DNA of 64,000 bases, taken from contig CAVZZO010000003.1 in assembly GCA_963779755.1 (NCBI GenBank), positions 1,746,633 through 1,810,632 on the forward strand, in the 5' to 3' direction. Positions 36,347 to 46,702 of the stretch are shown piece after piece (the first letter of the stretch is position 1; the number at the start of each line of letters is the position of its first letter). Both the position numbers and the translations under genes were made by a program. The notes beneath the pieces were generated by a model, which ran no database searches, had not been told where the DNA came from, and worked only from the letters and a program-made list of their open reading frames with translations. The DNA is from an uncultured Gemmatimonadales bacterium (GTDB lineage Bacteria > Gemmatimonadota > Gemmatimonadetes > Gemmatimonadales > GWC2-71-9).

Positions 36347-37189
36347 ATGATCGTCCACCTGATCGACGGCACCTACGAGCTGTTTCGCCATTTCTACGGC
36401 CTGCGCCGCTTTACCAAGGGCAAGGACCGGCCCTTTGGCGGCGTCATCGGCGTGCTCCATACCGTCTTCCAGATCCTCGAGGGCGGCGGCACCCACCTGG
36501 GTGTCGCCACCGACCACGTGATCGAATCCTTCCGCAACGAGCTGTATCCGCGGCTACAAGACGGGCGAAGGGATCGAGCCGGCCCTGTGGGCGCAGTTCC
36601 ATCCGCTGGAGGAGGCGCTCCGAGGCGCTCGGCATAGTGGTCTGGCCCATGGTGGAACTGGAGGCGGACGACGGTCTCGCCTCGGCCGCCTCCATCGCCG
36701 AACGGGACCCGCGGGTGGAGAAGATCTGCATCTGGACTCCGGACAAGGATCTGGGTCAATGCGTACGGGACGGTCGCGTGGTCCAGATAGACCGGCGGGG
36801 CAAGAAGATCCTGGACGAGGAAGGGATCCGGAAGAAGTTCGGCGTGCTGCCGACTCTCATTCCCGATTATCTCGCCCTGGTAGGCGATGCGCAGGACGGC
36901 TATCCCGGTGTTTCCGGCATCGGAGCGGTCACGGCCGCCCGGCTGCTGAACCGGTATGGCCCGATCGAGCAGTTCCCGGCGGAGGTGCTGGGAGGCAGGA
37001 GTAAGGAGGCGCTGCTGTTCAAGCGCCTGGCGACATTGCGGACCGACGCGAAGCTCTTCCGGAACGTGGATGAGCTGGAGTGGAAGGGGCCGACGCCGGT
37101 ATTTCGCGGAGTGGGCGAAGAAGATGGGACAGGAGCGGATGGTGGATCGGGCGAAGAAGGCGGCGGTGCGGAAAGAAGGTGATGAGTAA
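36347..37189 (+). pseudogene. 5'-3' exonuclease (FEN/PIN + H3TH, Pol I N-terminal-like) with three frame disruptions
   Basis: MIVHLIDGTYELFRH..., then SFRNELYP|(G)YKTGEGIEP..., VELEADDGLASAA, PDYLALVGDAQDGYPGVSGIGAVTAARLL. The frame changes at ~36550, ~36625 and ~37103. Confidence 0.7.
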
Positions 37190-37208
37190 GGATCGGACGC
37201 CTTACGTC

Positions 37209-39971
37209 CTATTTACCGCCCACCAGCCGCTCGAATCGTGGGTTACCCCTGAGCGGCGCAAACGTCGGGTCGATCCGCAGCCAGCCGGGCGAGAGATAGT
37301 ACGGCATCTTGAGCAGCGGCTCCAGCAGGTCCAGCGCCTTTTCCGGTTCACCCACGAGCAAGTAGATGCGAACCAGCTGGTGCTGGTTGTAGGTGCCGCC
37401 AAACGCTTCCTGACTGGGCGGCGAAAGCGCGAGTCCGCGTTTGCCTTCGGCGATCGCCTCCGCCTTCCGGCCGAGATAGGCCAGCGCCAGTCCCAGGAAC
37501 ATGTGTCGCTGGGCATTGTCCGGCGTTGCCTGCAGCTGCTCCACGAAGGCCTGCCGGGCAGAGTCGGCGTAGATCCTGGCCTTCCCGAGGTTCCCCCGGA
37601 CATACTCGGTCTCGGCCCGGACGATGCCCCAGGTGGCCCGGTCGTTGTCAAAGGCGCTCGGGGACAGAGTGAGGAGTTGCTGCTGCTGGGCATCGTCCAG
37701 CACCCAGTAGAGATCCCAGAAGTTGCCGAAGACGACGAGCAGAGAGGCAGAATCGGTGGTGGTCAGGGCCGAGCGCACTATCTCCCGGGCACCGGGAAGG
37801 TCGCCCTGGGCCAGGTCCAACATCGCCCGGTTCTCGATGACCGCCAGGTTGGCCGGGGCAAGCGCAAGAGCCCGATCCATCCAGGACCTGGCCTCGTCGT
37901 AGCGGCGCAGCCAGAGCAGCGTAAACCCGGTACGCCGTACCGTGACGGCCGAGCGCGGGTCGAGGGTTCCTGCCCTGATGAAGTGCTCCCGCGCCGATTC
38001 CCAGCGACCCAGACTCTGCTCCGCCAATGCCGCGCTTCCCAGCAAATCCACATTCGCGGGCGCCAGCTTGAGCCCAGCCTCAAATGCCTGGAGGGCGCGC
38101 CGGCTGTCGCCCGACACGAAGGCATAGTAGCTCCCGAGCGCCAGTTGTCCCTCAGGACGGGCGGGCCCGAGCTGCTGCGCCCGCTCGGCCGCGTTCCGGG
38201 CTTGCTCCGCCAGCGCCGGCAGGGGCGTGCTGTTGGTGTAGAGGAGCGATCTTGCCCGGGCCAGTTGAGCCCAGGCCGGAACGAACGACGGGTCGAGGTT
38301 CACCGCCTGCTCGTAGGAGGCAATCGCTCGCCGCAGGCTCGGCACATCGCTGGCCGACATGGCCTGTGAAGCCGCTTCACCTTTGAGGAACGCATCGTAG
38401 GCGGCGAGATTCGCCGTGGGCTTGGCCGCCAGCTCCTCCCGCACGCTGTCGCCCAGCGCCACATTGAGCGCACTTGCTACCCGGCCGGCGATGTCGGCCT
38501 GCACCTGAAACACGTCGGTGAGCGAGGCGTCGAATGCCTGTTGCCACTTGGTGGTGGGCGTCGCCCCCGGCTCGACCTGCACCAGTTCCGGACTCACCCG
38601 CACCCGGCTCGGACCATCGGCCGGCTTCTCCCAACGCACCGTCGCGGTCAGAAGGTACTCCGCGCCCAGCTCCCGTGCGATATCCTGGGGGGACTTGCCG
38701 CTATGCCGGTATTCGTTGGAGCTGGCCCGCGCGATCACGGCCAGACCAGCGAGCTGAGAAAGCTTCCCCCGCACCTCGTCGGTGATCCCGTCGGCAAAGT
38801 AGGCGTCGGCCGAATCGCCCATATTATCGAAAGGCAGCACGGCGATCCGCTTCGGCCCCAGCGCGCTGCTCGAGCCGCCCCGGCTGCTGCGCCAGGCGAA
38901 GAGCACGCCCACGCCAATCAGAAAGCCGAGCAGGAGCAGCATCGCCGCGGTGGGCAGGCGTCGCTGTCGGCCCTGGCCTGGTGCGGAGACCGGCACGGGA
39001 GCGGCGGCCTTCGGGACCGTGCCGGCGGGGAGCCGGAGTGCGCGGGCCAACTCCCCGGCGCTGGCAAACCGGTCGGCGGGAAGCGTCGCCAGCGCCCGCT
39101 GAATCGCCTGATCCACCGCCTCGGGCACGCTGGCGCGCAAGCTGTGCACGCTCGGCGCCTCCTCGGTCAACCGCCGGGCGATGATCGCCTGGACGGTGGG
39201 GCCGCTGAACGGCGGCTCGCCCACCAGCATTTCATAGAGCACACAGCCCAGGGAGTAGATATCGGTCCGGACATCCAGCGCATGCTCGCCGCTCGCCTGC
39301 TCCGGGCTCATGTAGGCCGGGGTGCCGATGCTGATGCCCGTTTCGGTCAGCCGCTCTCCACCCGCCACCGCCCGGGCAATCCCGAAATCGGCCACCAGAG
39401 TGGATCCGTCCCGGGTGAGCAGGAGGTTCTCCGGCTTGATATCCCGATGTACCACCCCGTGCTCGTGGGCGTACTGCAGCCCCTGGGCCGCCTCCCGGGT
39501 GATCCGCAGGGCTTCCTCCACGGAAAGCTGACGCTCCCGGTGCAGCCGGTCCCGCAGCGATTCACCCTCCACGAACGGCATGGTGAACCAGAGATAGCCT
39601 GCCGTCTCCCCCGAATCGTGAACCGCAAGGATATGGGGGTGCTGCAGCCGGGCGGCCAGCCGGATCTCCTGCTGGAACCGCTCGGGCCCCAGGGTGGCGG
39701 CGAGCTCGGGGTGCAGGACCTTGAGGGCGACCGGGCGGTCATGCTTCAGGTCGTGGGCGAGATAGACCGTGGCCATCCCCCCGCGCCCAAGCTCACGCTC
39801 GAGGCGGTAACGGTCGCGAAGACCCTCGGCCAGTGCCGCAGGTAGCTCGTTCAAGGGGAAGAGGTGGAGATGACTGGAATATGCACGCAGCCCATGGCCC
39901 GCCGCCACTTTGGGCTGGACAGCGGCAGGCGGGGGAACACCCGGTTCGTAGCCGCCTGGCCCGCCGGCCAC
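37209..39971 (-). CDS. Ser/Thr protein kinase with TM, TolB-N-like domain and TPR repeats
   Basis: 920 aa, GTG start. GRGGMATVYLAHD, HRDIKPENLLL, DFGIARA, IAVLPFDNMG...FADGITDEV, TPR-like C-terminus. Confidence 0.85.
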   Translation of the reverse strand: MAGGPGGYEPGVPPPAAVQPKVAAGHGLRAYSSHLHLFPLNELPAALAEGLRDRYRLERELGRGGMATVYLAHDLKHDRPVALKVLHPELAATLGPERFQQEIRLAARLQHPHILAVHDSGETAGYLWFTMPFVEGESLRDRLHRERQLSVEEALRITREAAQGLQYAHEHGVVHRDIKPENLLLTRDGSTLVADFGIARAVAGGERLTETGISIGTPAYMSPEQASGEHALDVRTDIYSLGCVLYEMLVGEPPFSGPTVQAIIARRLTEEAPSVHSLRASVPEAVDQAIQRALATLPADRFASAGELARALRLPAGTVPKAAAPVPVSAPGQGRQRRLPTAAMLLLLGFLIGVGVLFAWRSSRGGSSSALGPKRIAVLPFDNMGDSADAYFADGITDEVRGKLSQLAGLAVIARASSNEYRHSGKSPQDIARELGAEYLLTATVRWEKPADGPSRVRVSPELVQVEPGATPTTKWQQAFDASLTDVFQVQADIAGRVASALNVALGDSVREELAAKPTANLAAYDAFLKGEAASQAMSASDVPSLRRAIASYEQAVNLDPSFVPAWAQLARARSLLYTNSTPLPALAEQARNAAERAQQLGPARPEGQLALGSYYAFVSGDSRRALQAFEAGLKLAPANVDLLGSAALAEQSLGRWESAREHFIRAGTLDPRSAVTVRRTGFTLLWLRRYDEARSWMDRALALAPANLAVIENRAMLDLAQGDLPGAREIVRSALTTTDSASLLVVFGNFWDLYWVLDDAQQQQLLTLSPSAFDNDRATWGIVRAETEYVRGNLGKARIYADSARQAFVEQLQATPDNAQRHMFLGLALAYLGRKAEAIAEGKRGLALSPPSQEAFGGTYNQHQLVRIYLLVGEPEKALDLLEPLLKMPYYLSPGWLRIDPTFAPLRGNPRFERLVGGK

Positions 39972-40086
39972 GAGGATTCACCAGTGTGCGGGGATCATCA
40001 TACCGGTTTGCAGGTGGCGTTGGACTGAACACCCCTCACCCCGGCGGGGGGTTGTCCGGCCACCTGGTCCGTCGCCATGCAGCCGC

Positions 40087-43069
40087 CTACCAGCTCTTGT
40101 CCGCGCACGCCACCTTCACGCCGGCCGGCTGCTGCCCCGCCAGCGTGGTGCAGGACCCCCACCCGATCACCTTCCAGTCGTCGTAGTTCCGGTAAGGCAG
40201 ATCGGCGATGCCGTCGGCATGGGGGCGCACCGTCACCTGGTACAGCGAGTTGGGATGATCGCCCGCGTTGGGAATGGCATAGGATTGGGCGGCGCGCAAC
40301 GCGACCTCGCCCGGTTGGAGCAGATCCACCCCGAAGGCAAAAGACCAGATGTTGTCGAACCACGAATCGAGCCCGATGCGCAGGGTACCCGCGGCGTCCA
40401 CATAGGACATCTCCATGCGTACCGGATCGGGATTGCTCGCGCCCTCCACCGGATCCGCGTAGCGGATATAGAGGATGTAGAGCCGTCCGTAGGTCGAGGG
40501 CACTGCGGTGGAGAGGGGTGAGGCAAGCACAGCCGGGCTCACGGGGCGCGGCCGGTCCGCCGCCCGGTGCGCCGAGTCTGGGGGTGCGGCAGCCGGCCGT
40601 CCGGCGCCTGGGGCGACGGCGAGATCGCCAGTCGACGAAAGCGTGTTGCCCGGAGCCGCGCCCACCCAGGCCAGCGCCGGCCTGCCGGTGGCGCCCCACA
40701 TGGGGCCGTAGGGAATGCCGAGGCGCGCCCACCCGTGCGCCGGCAGCTGGCCCGGCGCGTAGAGCTGGACGTACCGGTTGGTGTCGATCACCGCTGCCAC
40801 CAGATGCTCCCGCCCGGCCGCCAGCCCGATGGGAAGCCAGGTGAACGCCAGGGCGGGCGAGGCGGTGGGCGACATTACCAGCGGCTGCCCGCCCACCGTC
40901 ATGGTCTGCTCGGCCTGGAAGGTGGCGGGCGAGCGGTAGCGATAGCGCACCACGTTGTCCTGACCCCGATAGGCCAGCACCACGGTCTTGCCGTCCGCCG
41001 AGACGGCAAGCGACGGCTCGCCCGCGGCCGGAGCGGCGGGAATGGAGTCCACCGCTCCCCAGACGAAGAGCCCGCCCTGTTCCTCCACCCAGGTTTCGAA
41101 GAGCGATCCGTTGGGCCGGATGCCCACGATGAGAATGAGCGGGCGGTTGTTCACCCGGATGGTGGCGGCATCCACCGCGGTCATCGCACCCAGGTCGCGC
41201 ACGCCGGGCGTCACGAAGGAAAGGTTGGGGCAATCGTCCACTGCATTGCAGGTATAGGGGGTGGGCGTGTAGCTGAACGCCAGCTTGCCGGCCAGCGTCA
41301 CCGAGAATACCCAGAGATGGTCCCGGAACCGCACCAGCGCCGGGCCGGCCTGGCTCAGCATCCCCACCTGCGTCTCGCCTTCGCGGGTGAATTCGCAGCC
41401 GCCGCCGTTCCCCGGCTGCAGGTTGGCGTAGGCCCGCACCGTAGCGCCGGCCGGCGCGAATTGGTTGTCGCGGTTCCAGTCCACGCTCCCGGTGGCCGAG
41501 TCCACCTTGTAGTAATATTGCTGCACCAGGGTACGGAGCAGCCCGCCGTAGGCGGCGTCGATCGCGCCGGTCTCCGTCAGGGCATGGTTGTTGAGGGTGG
41601 GGAACTTGCTGCCGTCCGAGAACTGCCACAGTCCCGAATTGAGGTAGGCGTAGTTCATCAGGCTGGGGTAGTTCGGCTTGCAGTTGGGCTCGTGCAGGCC
41701 GTTGGGCCCGTTGTGATCGAGGCCCAGCGTGTGGCCGAACTCGTGCGCCGAATTGCCGGCGTTCGCCATGTTGAACCCGCAGGCGATGCCGTAGCCGCAG
41801 GAGCCGCCGCCGGTGGTGTAACCCAGCACATAGTGGAACATGCCCCAGCGCCCGGGGCTCATCTCCCGGGGCCAGGCGCCGCCCGGCGTCTGCGGCTGGT
41901 AGTTCCCCTGGGCATCGGGCACCGCGTCAACCGCGGTATATCCGCCCCAGTCGCCGTAGATCGTGGCATCGGCCGGCGTGAGCGGCGGCACGCCGGTATC
42001 GAGGTGCAGGCTCACCCCGGGCCGGCGGTCGGGGTTGTTGACGCTGAGGGAGTGTACCACCTGGAGCAGCGGATCGGTGGTGGCGGTATCGGCGTAGATC
42101 CCGGCCATCTGCCGAGCCACCATGGGGCTCATGTGCTCCGCCACGCCGTTGATGCTGTCTGCCTGGGTCAGGCGGCGGAAATCCACCTCGGCGAAGATGT
42201 CCTTGTGCCGGGGATCGGCGCCCCAGGCGGGGAGCGCTACGTCTTCGTGAACCCGGGCCCCGGCGGGATTGGTGTATACGGTATCCCGGCCCAGGACCTC
42301 CCAGCCGTCCCACAGGCCGTCGCCGTCGGTGTCGCGCGGATCGGGGATATCCCTGCACTCCACCCCGGCCACCGAGCCGCTGGTCGAGCCGCAGGTACCC
42401 AGGGCAAACTCGAGTGCGTCCCCCAGGCCGTCGCCGTCGCTGTCGTGGCCGGCGTCGTTGCGGTAGACCGTGATGGGCGCGTCGGCGGCCGGGAGGCGGG
42501 TTCCGTACACCAGTTGCACGTTCCGGCCCTGGGGGAGGGGCAGCCGAGTCGTGCGGCCGGCCGCGCGGGAGAGAATGTCCAGCCCATCCGCGCTGGTCAG
42601 GTATGCCAGGTGGCTGGGCGACCCGTTGGGCGGCTCGATGCCCCGCGCCTCCTCGCCCGACGCGATGCCGGTCAGGGCGATCACCGCGCCGGAGGAGAAG
42701 GGCAGCGCGGCCTGGATCCGCCGGCCGTCCAACCAGACGTCGCCGGTCTGCACCGCGTCCGGCGTGCGCGAGCGCACCACGATGGTCACCGTCCCGGTGG
42801 TGCTTCCGGGGAAGGAAACGCTCAGTTGCCCGTTGCTCGCGACGCCGCGCGCCAGTTGCGCGCCGGAACCGGCCAGAGGAGTTGAGCACCGGATCGGCCG
42901 CCGCGGTGAAGTTGCGCAACTCCACCAGGTGCTGCCCGGACTTCGCATGGAGGGTTGGCCATACTTCGCCCACGGGCGGAAGGGGCGAGACATTGAAGAT
43001 CCTCGTCTGGGCCGCCAGCGGCGACACGGCGGCGGCCAGCAGGAGAAGAAGCGGAAACGTGCGCGGCAT
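40087..43069 (-). CDS. secreted metzincin-type zinc metalloprotease with thrombospondin-type-3-like Ca-binding repeats and a large C-terminal beta-rich domain; one frameshift near 42865
   Basis: HEFGHTLGLDH plus Met-turn SLMNY. DSDGDGLGD and DTDGDGLWDGWE repeats. The signal peptide MPRTFPLLLLLAAAVSPLAAQ (ATG 43069) lies in a different frame from the main ORF 40087-42993. Confidence 0.7.
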
Positions 43070-43272
43070 GACTTCTCCCGGGCAGGCGGTGTTGTTCGCG
43101 GCAGGAAAGCCGATCCAACTGGGAAGAGTGGCTCTAATCTTCAATCGGAAACGGGGGGCGCAAGGGGCCAGGGAATGTGACCGTCGCATTTCCCGGCCGG
43201 AGGCCTGCGAGCCGGTTGCTCCCCGGTTGAAATAGATGTCGTGCGCCGCTGCCTGTTCGGGGAGGCGCATCT

Positions 43273-45318
43273 CTACCGTGCCGTTTCCTTTCCGGCCTGC
43301 CGCGCCGCCCGCCATTCGTCCCGGGCGAGACGTTTCACGTCAATCCCGTGCTTCAGTTTCAGCGTGGCCTCGGTCATGAACAGGGCGGCGTCCACTCCCG
43401 TCTCCACCGCCAGGTAGTCGTCGATCCATTGCTGGCGTTCGGGGTACTCGGCGGTCAGGATCACGTTGAGCAACGCGACCTGCAGGAACCCGATCTGGGT
43501 GGAGGTCGGCGGGTACTCGGTGACCGCCCGATCCAGGTAGAGCCCCCGGCGCCTGGCCATCCGCAGTTCCGACCGGCGGATCATGAGGTCGTCCCGGCTG
43601 TCGTCGTCCGCCTCGCAGGGGAGCGGATCCGGATTCGGAGCCGGATCGGGCAGCGAGAGCGGCGCGTCGCTGCGGGGGGCTGTGAGCGGCAGCAGCTTCA
43701 GGAAATCCGCGGCGGCCTGATCCCGGTCGGTGAGATGCCCGATCCCACACAGGGTCTCCACCGTTTTCAGCATGGAGGTGTGATCGTAGGTGGTGTGGTC
43801 GATCACGCCCCGGCGGGTATAGGGCGAGATCACCAGGGCGGGCACGCGGACGCCGAGCTGGTCGAACTGGAAGCCGAACTGCGAGTAGGCCGCCGTCTCC
43901 AGGTCGCCCGGGGGCACCGCCGGCCCCGGCGGGGCATGATCGAAAAACCCTCCGTGCTCATCGAAGGTGACCAGCAGGAGGCTGTGCTCCCAGTGCGGCG
44001 AATTGCGGATCGCCTCGTAGACGTCCTTGATGAGGCGCTCGCCCCGGGTCACATCGTCCAGCGGGTGCATCGAGTTGCCGCAGGCAAAGTCGCCCGGGCC
44101 GGTGACGTCGAACTTGTGGGCCCCGTACTTCGGCTCGATAAAGACGAACTTGTAGCCGAAGGCCTCCGACTGGACCTCGGACGCGAAATCCTCGAAGTCC
44201 TTGAAGCGCCCCTGGAGCCGGTTCAGGTTCATGCCCTTCATGGCGAAACTGACCGGGAAATCGTCCCCCTCATAGATCCGCCAGGGAATGCAGTTGGCGT
44301 CCAGCAGGTCGAAGATGTTGCCGTTTTCGAACCGGTACCCTTCCACCGTGGTGGAGGTCACCACGTCCCACTTGTCCGGACTCCCGTCCAGGCCGCCCGA
44401 GGTGCCTGCCAGCAGAAAGAAGCGGTTGGGCCAGGTGGGCCCGGGCAGCGAGGAGAACCACTGGTCGCACACCGCGAACTCCCGGGCCAGGCGGTTGAGC
44501 ACCGGCAGCTGCTCGGGGGAGAAGCAGCGCATGATCCGTTCGGGGGTGGGCGATCCGTTGTCCCGGTAGTTGGCGATGAACCCGGAGTTGTTCACCGGAG
44601 GATACCCGCCAGGCACCGGGTTGTAGACGGCCCCCTCCCCGCACAGCGCCACCACCGTCTCCTTGAACTCGTGGCCCGGATCCTTGTCCACCCCTTTCAG
44701 CTGAAAATCGGCCGGGCTGCTGACCAGCACCGGCAGCCCCGTGATGGGGTTGATGTTGCTGGTGGCGAGCGGGTCGAACCCGGGGTTGAATACGGTGGGA
44801 TTGCCGTCGGGATCCACTCCGGCGATGCCGCTGAAGCCCAGCATGTGATCGAAGCTCCGGTTCTCCAGCATCAGGACAAAGACGTGCTCGATGCGCGGCG
44901 GCCTCCCTTTCCCCCGTCCGAAGAGCGACCCGATCGCGCGGATCAGTCCGAGCAGGGCGCACCGCAGCGTGTCCCACGCCACGCAGACCAGCTGCAGCGC
45001 CCACGAGAAGACGACGCAGAACGCCTTCACCACCCAGGCGAAGGCCTTGCAGACCCACTTCGCCACCCAGTACCAGGCCTTGCACACCCACTTGGCCACC
45101 CAGTAGTACGCCCGGCAGAAGAACCCGGCGATACAGTTCCACGGCGTGTACCAGTGGCACTTCTCCCAGGACGTACAGTGACTCGACCCCTCGTCGGCCC
45201 ATTCCGAGCACTGATTCGACCCTTCGTCGGCCCAGCTGGTGCACTCGTAATCGACCTGCGAACTCCAGTTCTTGCAGGTAATGACGAAGGTGTCGACCCA
45301 TTTGGTGCAGGTGGCCAT
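43273..45318 (-). CDS. phosphoesterase-family protein (phospholipase C / acid phosphatase AcpA family) with a novel Cys/Trp-rich N-terminal module
   Basis: 681 aa. VLMLENRSFDHMLG and TFDEHGGFFDH motifs. ATG 45318 is preceded by GGAAGGAGAG. N-terminal residues 1-120 are described in the findings. Confidence 0.8.
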   Translation of the reverse strand: MATCTKWVDTFVITCKNWSSQVDYECTSWADEGSNQCSEWADEGSSHCTSWEKCHWYTPWNCIAGFFCRAYYWVAKWVCKAWYWVAKWVCKAFAWVVKAFCVVFSWALQLVCVAWDTLRCALLGLIRAIGSLFGRGKGRPPRIEHVFVLMLENRSFDHMLGFSGIAGVDPDGNPTVFNPGFDPLATSNINPITGLPVLVSSPADFQLKGVDKDPGHEFKETVVALCGEGAVYNPVPGGYPPVNNSGFIANYRDNGSPTPERIMRCFSPEQLPVLNRLAREFAVCDQWFSSLPGPTWPNRFFLLAGTSGGLDGSPDKWDVVTSTTVEGYRFENGNIFDLLDANCIPWRIYEGDDFPVSFAMKGMNLNRLQGRFKDFEDFASEVQSEAFGYKFVFIEPKYGAHKFDVTGPGDFACGNSMHPLDDVTRGERLIKDVYEAIRNSPHWEHSLLLVTFDEHGGFFDHAPPGPAVPPGDLETAAYSQFGFQFDQLGVRVPALVISPYTRRGVIDHTTYDHTSMLKTVETLCGIGHLTDRDQAAADFLKLLPLTAPRSDAPLSLPDPAPNPDPLPCEADDDSRDDLMIRRSELRMARRRGLYLDRAVTEYPPTSTQIGFLQVALLNVILTAEYPERQQWIDDYLAVETGVDAALFMTEATLKLKHGIDVKRLARDEWRAARQAGKETAR

Positions 45319-45321
45319 GGG

Positions 45322-45666
45322 CTACTCTCCTTCCGGAGCGAATCGGAGACGCAGGCGGCGATAGAGCAGGGCCAGGCGAAGGCGGGCAAGCGCGATCCCG
45401 GTCAGCTTGCCGGCGATGCCGGCGCCGAAGATCAGGGCCAGGCCGCGCAGCAGGACGCCGGCGAGATGGGCGGTAGGGAACCCGCGCAGCATCAGCGTGA
45501 ATACGCAGAAGCCCAGAGCCGCTGCCAGGAAGACGCCGCCCATCCGGCAGCCGCATTCGGTGCGATAGGCTTCCGCGCGCCGGACGTAGGGCAACAGGCG
45601 GTGCCGCTCGTCCGGAAGGGAACGGAGCAGACGGTCGAGGACGGGCTCGCCGCGCCGGGCCGTCAC
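45322..45666 (-). CDS. small membrane protein, unknown
   Basis: 114 aa with 2-3 hydrophobic segments. GTG 45666 overlaps the upstream stop (GTGA). The stop lies 3 nt before the phosphoesterase ATG. Confidence 0.55.
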   Translation of the reverse strand: MTARRGEPVLDRLLRSLPDERHRLLPYVRRAEAYRTECGCRMGGVFLAAALGFCVFTLMLRGFPTAHLAGVLLRGLALIFGAGIAGKLTGIALARLRLALLYRRLRLRFAPEGE

Positions 45667-46034
45667 GGATAGACCGGGAGGCCGGGTGAGACGATACCGA
45701 GGTGCGCCACCCGCGCCAGCAGTTCCGCCGCCTGGCTGGCCACCGGTGTATCGACGAGGCCCTCCGTGCTCCCGAACTCCAGCAGCTCCCGCAACCCGGC
45801 AAAATTCCGTGCGGCCGCATGCCGGCGCAGGCCCATCGCGAACAGCAGGCCGGCGAGACTGTCGCGCTCCCTGTCGGTGACCGACTCCATCTCGGTGCGC
45901 CAGTGCGCCGATTTCCCGTCCCCATCCAGCCGCCAGGGGCGCATATTGAAATCGCTGACGAAGATCATCGCGTGGGTGAAGGCGTAGAAATCATCGCTTC
46001 CGCCGTTCAGCCGATCCATGGGCCGGCACAGCAC
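45663..46034 (-). CDS. hypothetical protein (start uncertain; possibly the 3' part of a disrupted larger gene)
   Basis: The 123-aa ORF contains ...DDFYAFTHAMIFVSDFN... No family recognised. Upstream ORFs in other frames suggest disruption. Confidence 0.4.
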   Translation of the reverse strand: MLCRPMDRLNGGSDDFYAFTHAMIFVSDFNMRPWRLDGDGKSAHWRTEMESVTDRERDSLAGLLFAMGLRRHAAARNFAGLRELLEFGSTEGLVDTPVASQAAELLARVAHLGIVSPGLPVYP

Positions 46035-46216
46035 CGACTCGCGTGCCTCGCGTGGCGCGGAGGGACGGCGTCGTGGTGCGATGGGCGTCGGGTGGGACTG
46101 CAGACCGCGCCAGCGGCGAGATGCTGGATGGCACGTCCCGCCAGGTCGAGCGCGTCACCCAGCCGCCGCGCCAGATCCGCCTTCGCCCAGCGTCGTGGCT
46201 GGGCGGCCATAACCGC

Positions 46217-46354
46217 TCAGGCGCCGCCTGCGGCCCCTCGGAGTTCTCCAGACAACTGGCTCAGTCGGGAGAGGTTCGCCACCGATGAGCCGAACGGTCC
46301 TATTTCGATGGTGGGATGAGGGACGATCTCTTGATGCGTGACGCGGGTGGCCAT
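46217..46354 (-). CDS. 45-codon ORF with a strong SD (not in the supplied track)
   Basis: AGGAGGAG tt ATG at 46354, encoding MATRVTHQEIVPHPTIEIGPFGSSVANLSRLSQLSGELRGAAGGA*. The TGA is in frame with the next ORF (ATG 46210). Confidence 0.3.
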   Translation of the reverse strand: MATRVTHQEIVPHPTIEIGPFGSSVANLSRLSQLSGELRGAAGGA

Positions 46355-46702
46355 AACTCCTCCTGGGTCGGGGGACTGCCGCTGTGATTAGGTCAGTTCA
46401 TCGCCATGGTGACGAGACATTGCTGCCTGCTCCTCCCGAAAGACGGAAGGTGCTCAGATTGCCACGGTACGAACCGACACCACAGTGGTCAAGACCGTCC
46501 GAATCCCGGACACCCGTGGCTGCCGGCCACACGTGCCCAGCCCGGAGACGCCATTTGCACCGGCAGGCGGCAGGCACGACAGCAATCGGGCCCGCGGTGT
46601 CGCATCCACGACCGGGGATTCGGCCAGGCGTCACGCTTGACCGCCCCGGCGGCCGCCGGGATCTCGCGCACGTGCCGCTACCTCCCGGGCCTATCGGAGT
46701 GA

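Noticed and set aside
43348-45672. Long antisense ORFs (for example 43348-45672, 40567-42885, 2271-3749, 12025-13890, and the N-terminal 470 aa of 9694-11604)
   Set aside because: These are typical high-GC shadow ORFs opposite well-supported genes. Their products are Arg/Gly/Pro-rich low-complexity sequences with no motifs.
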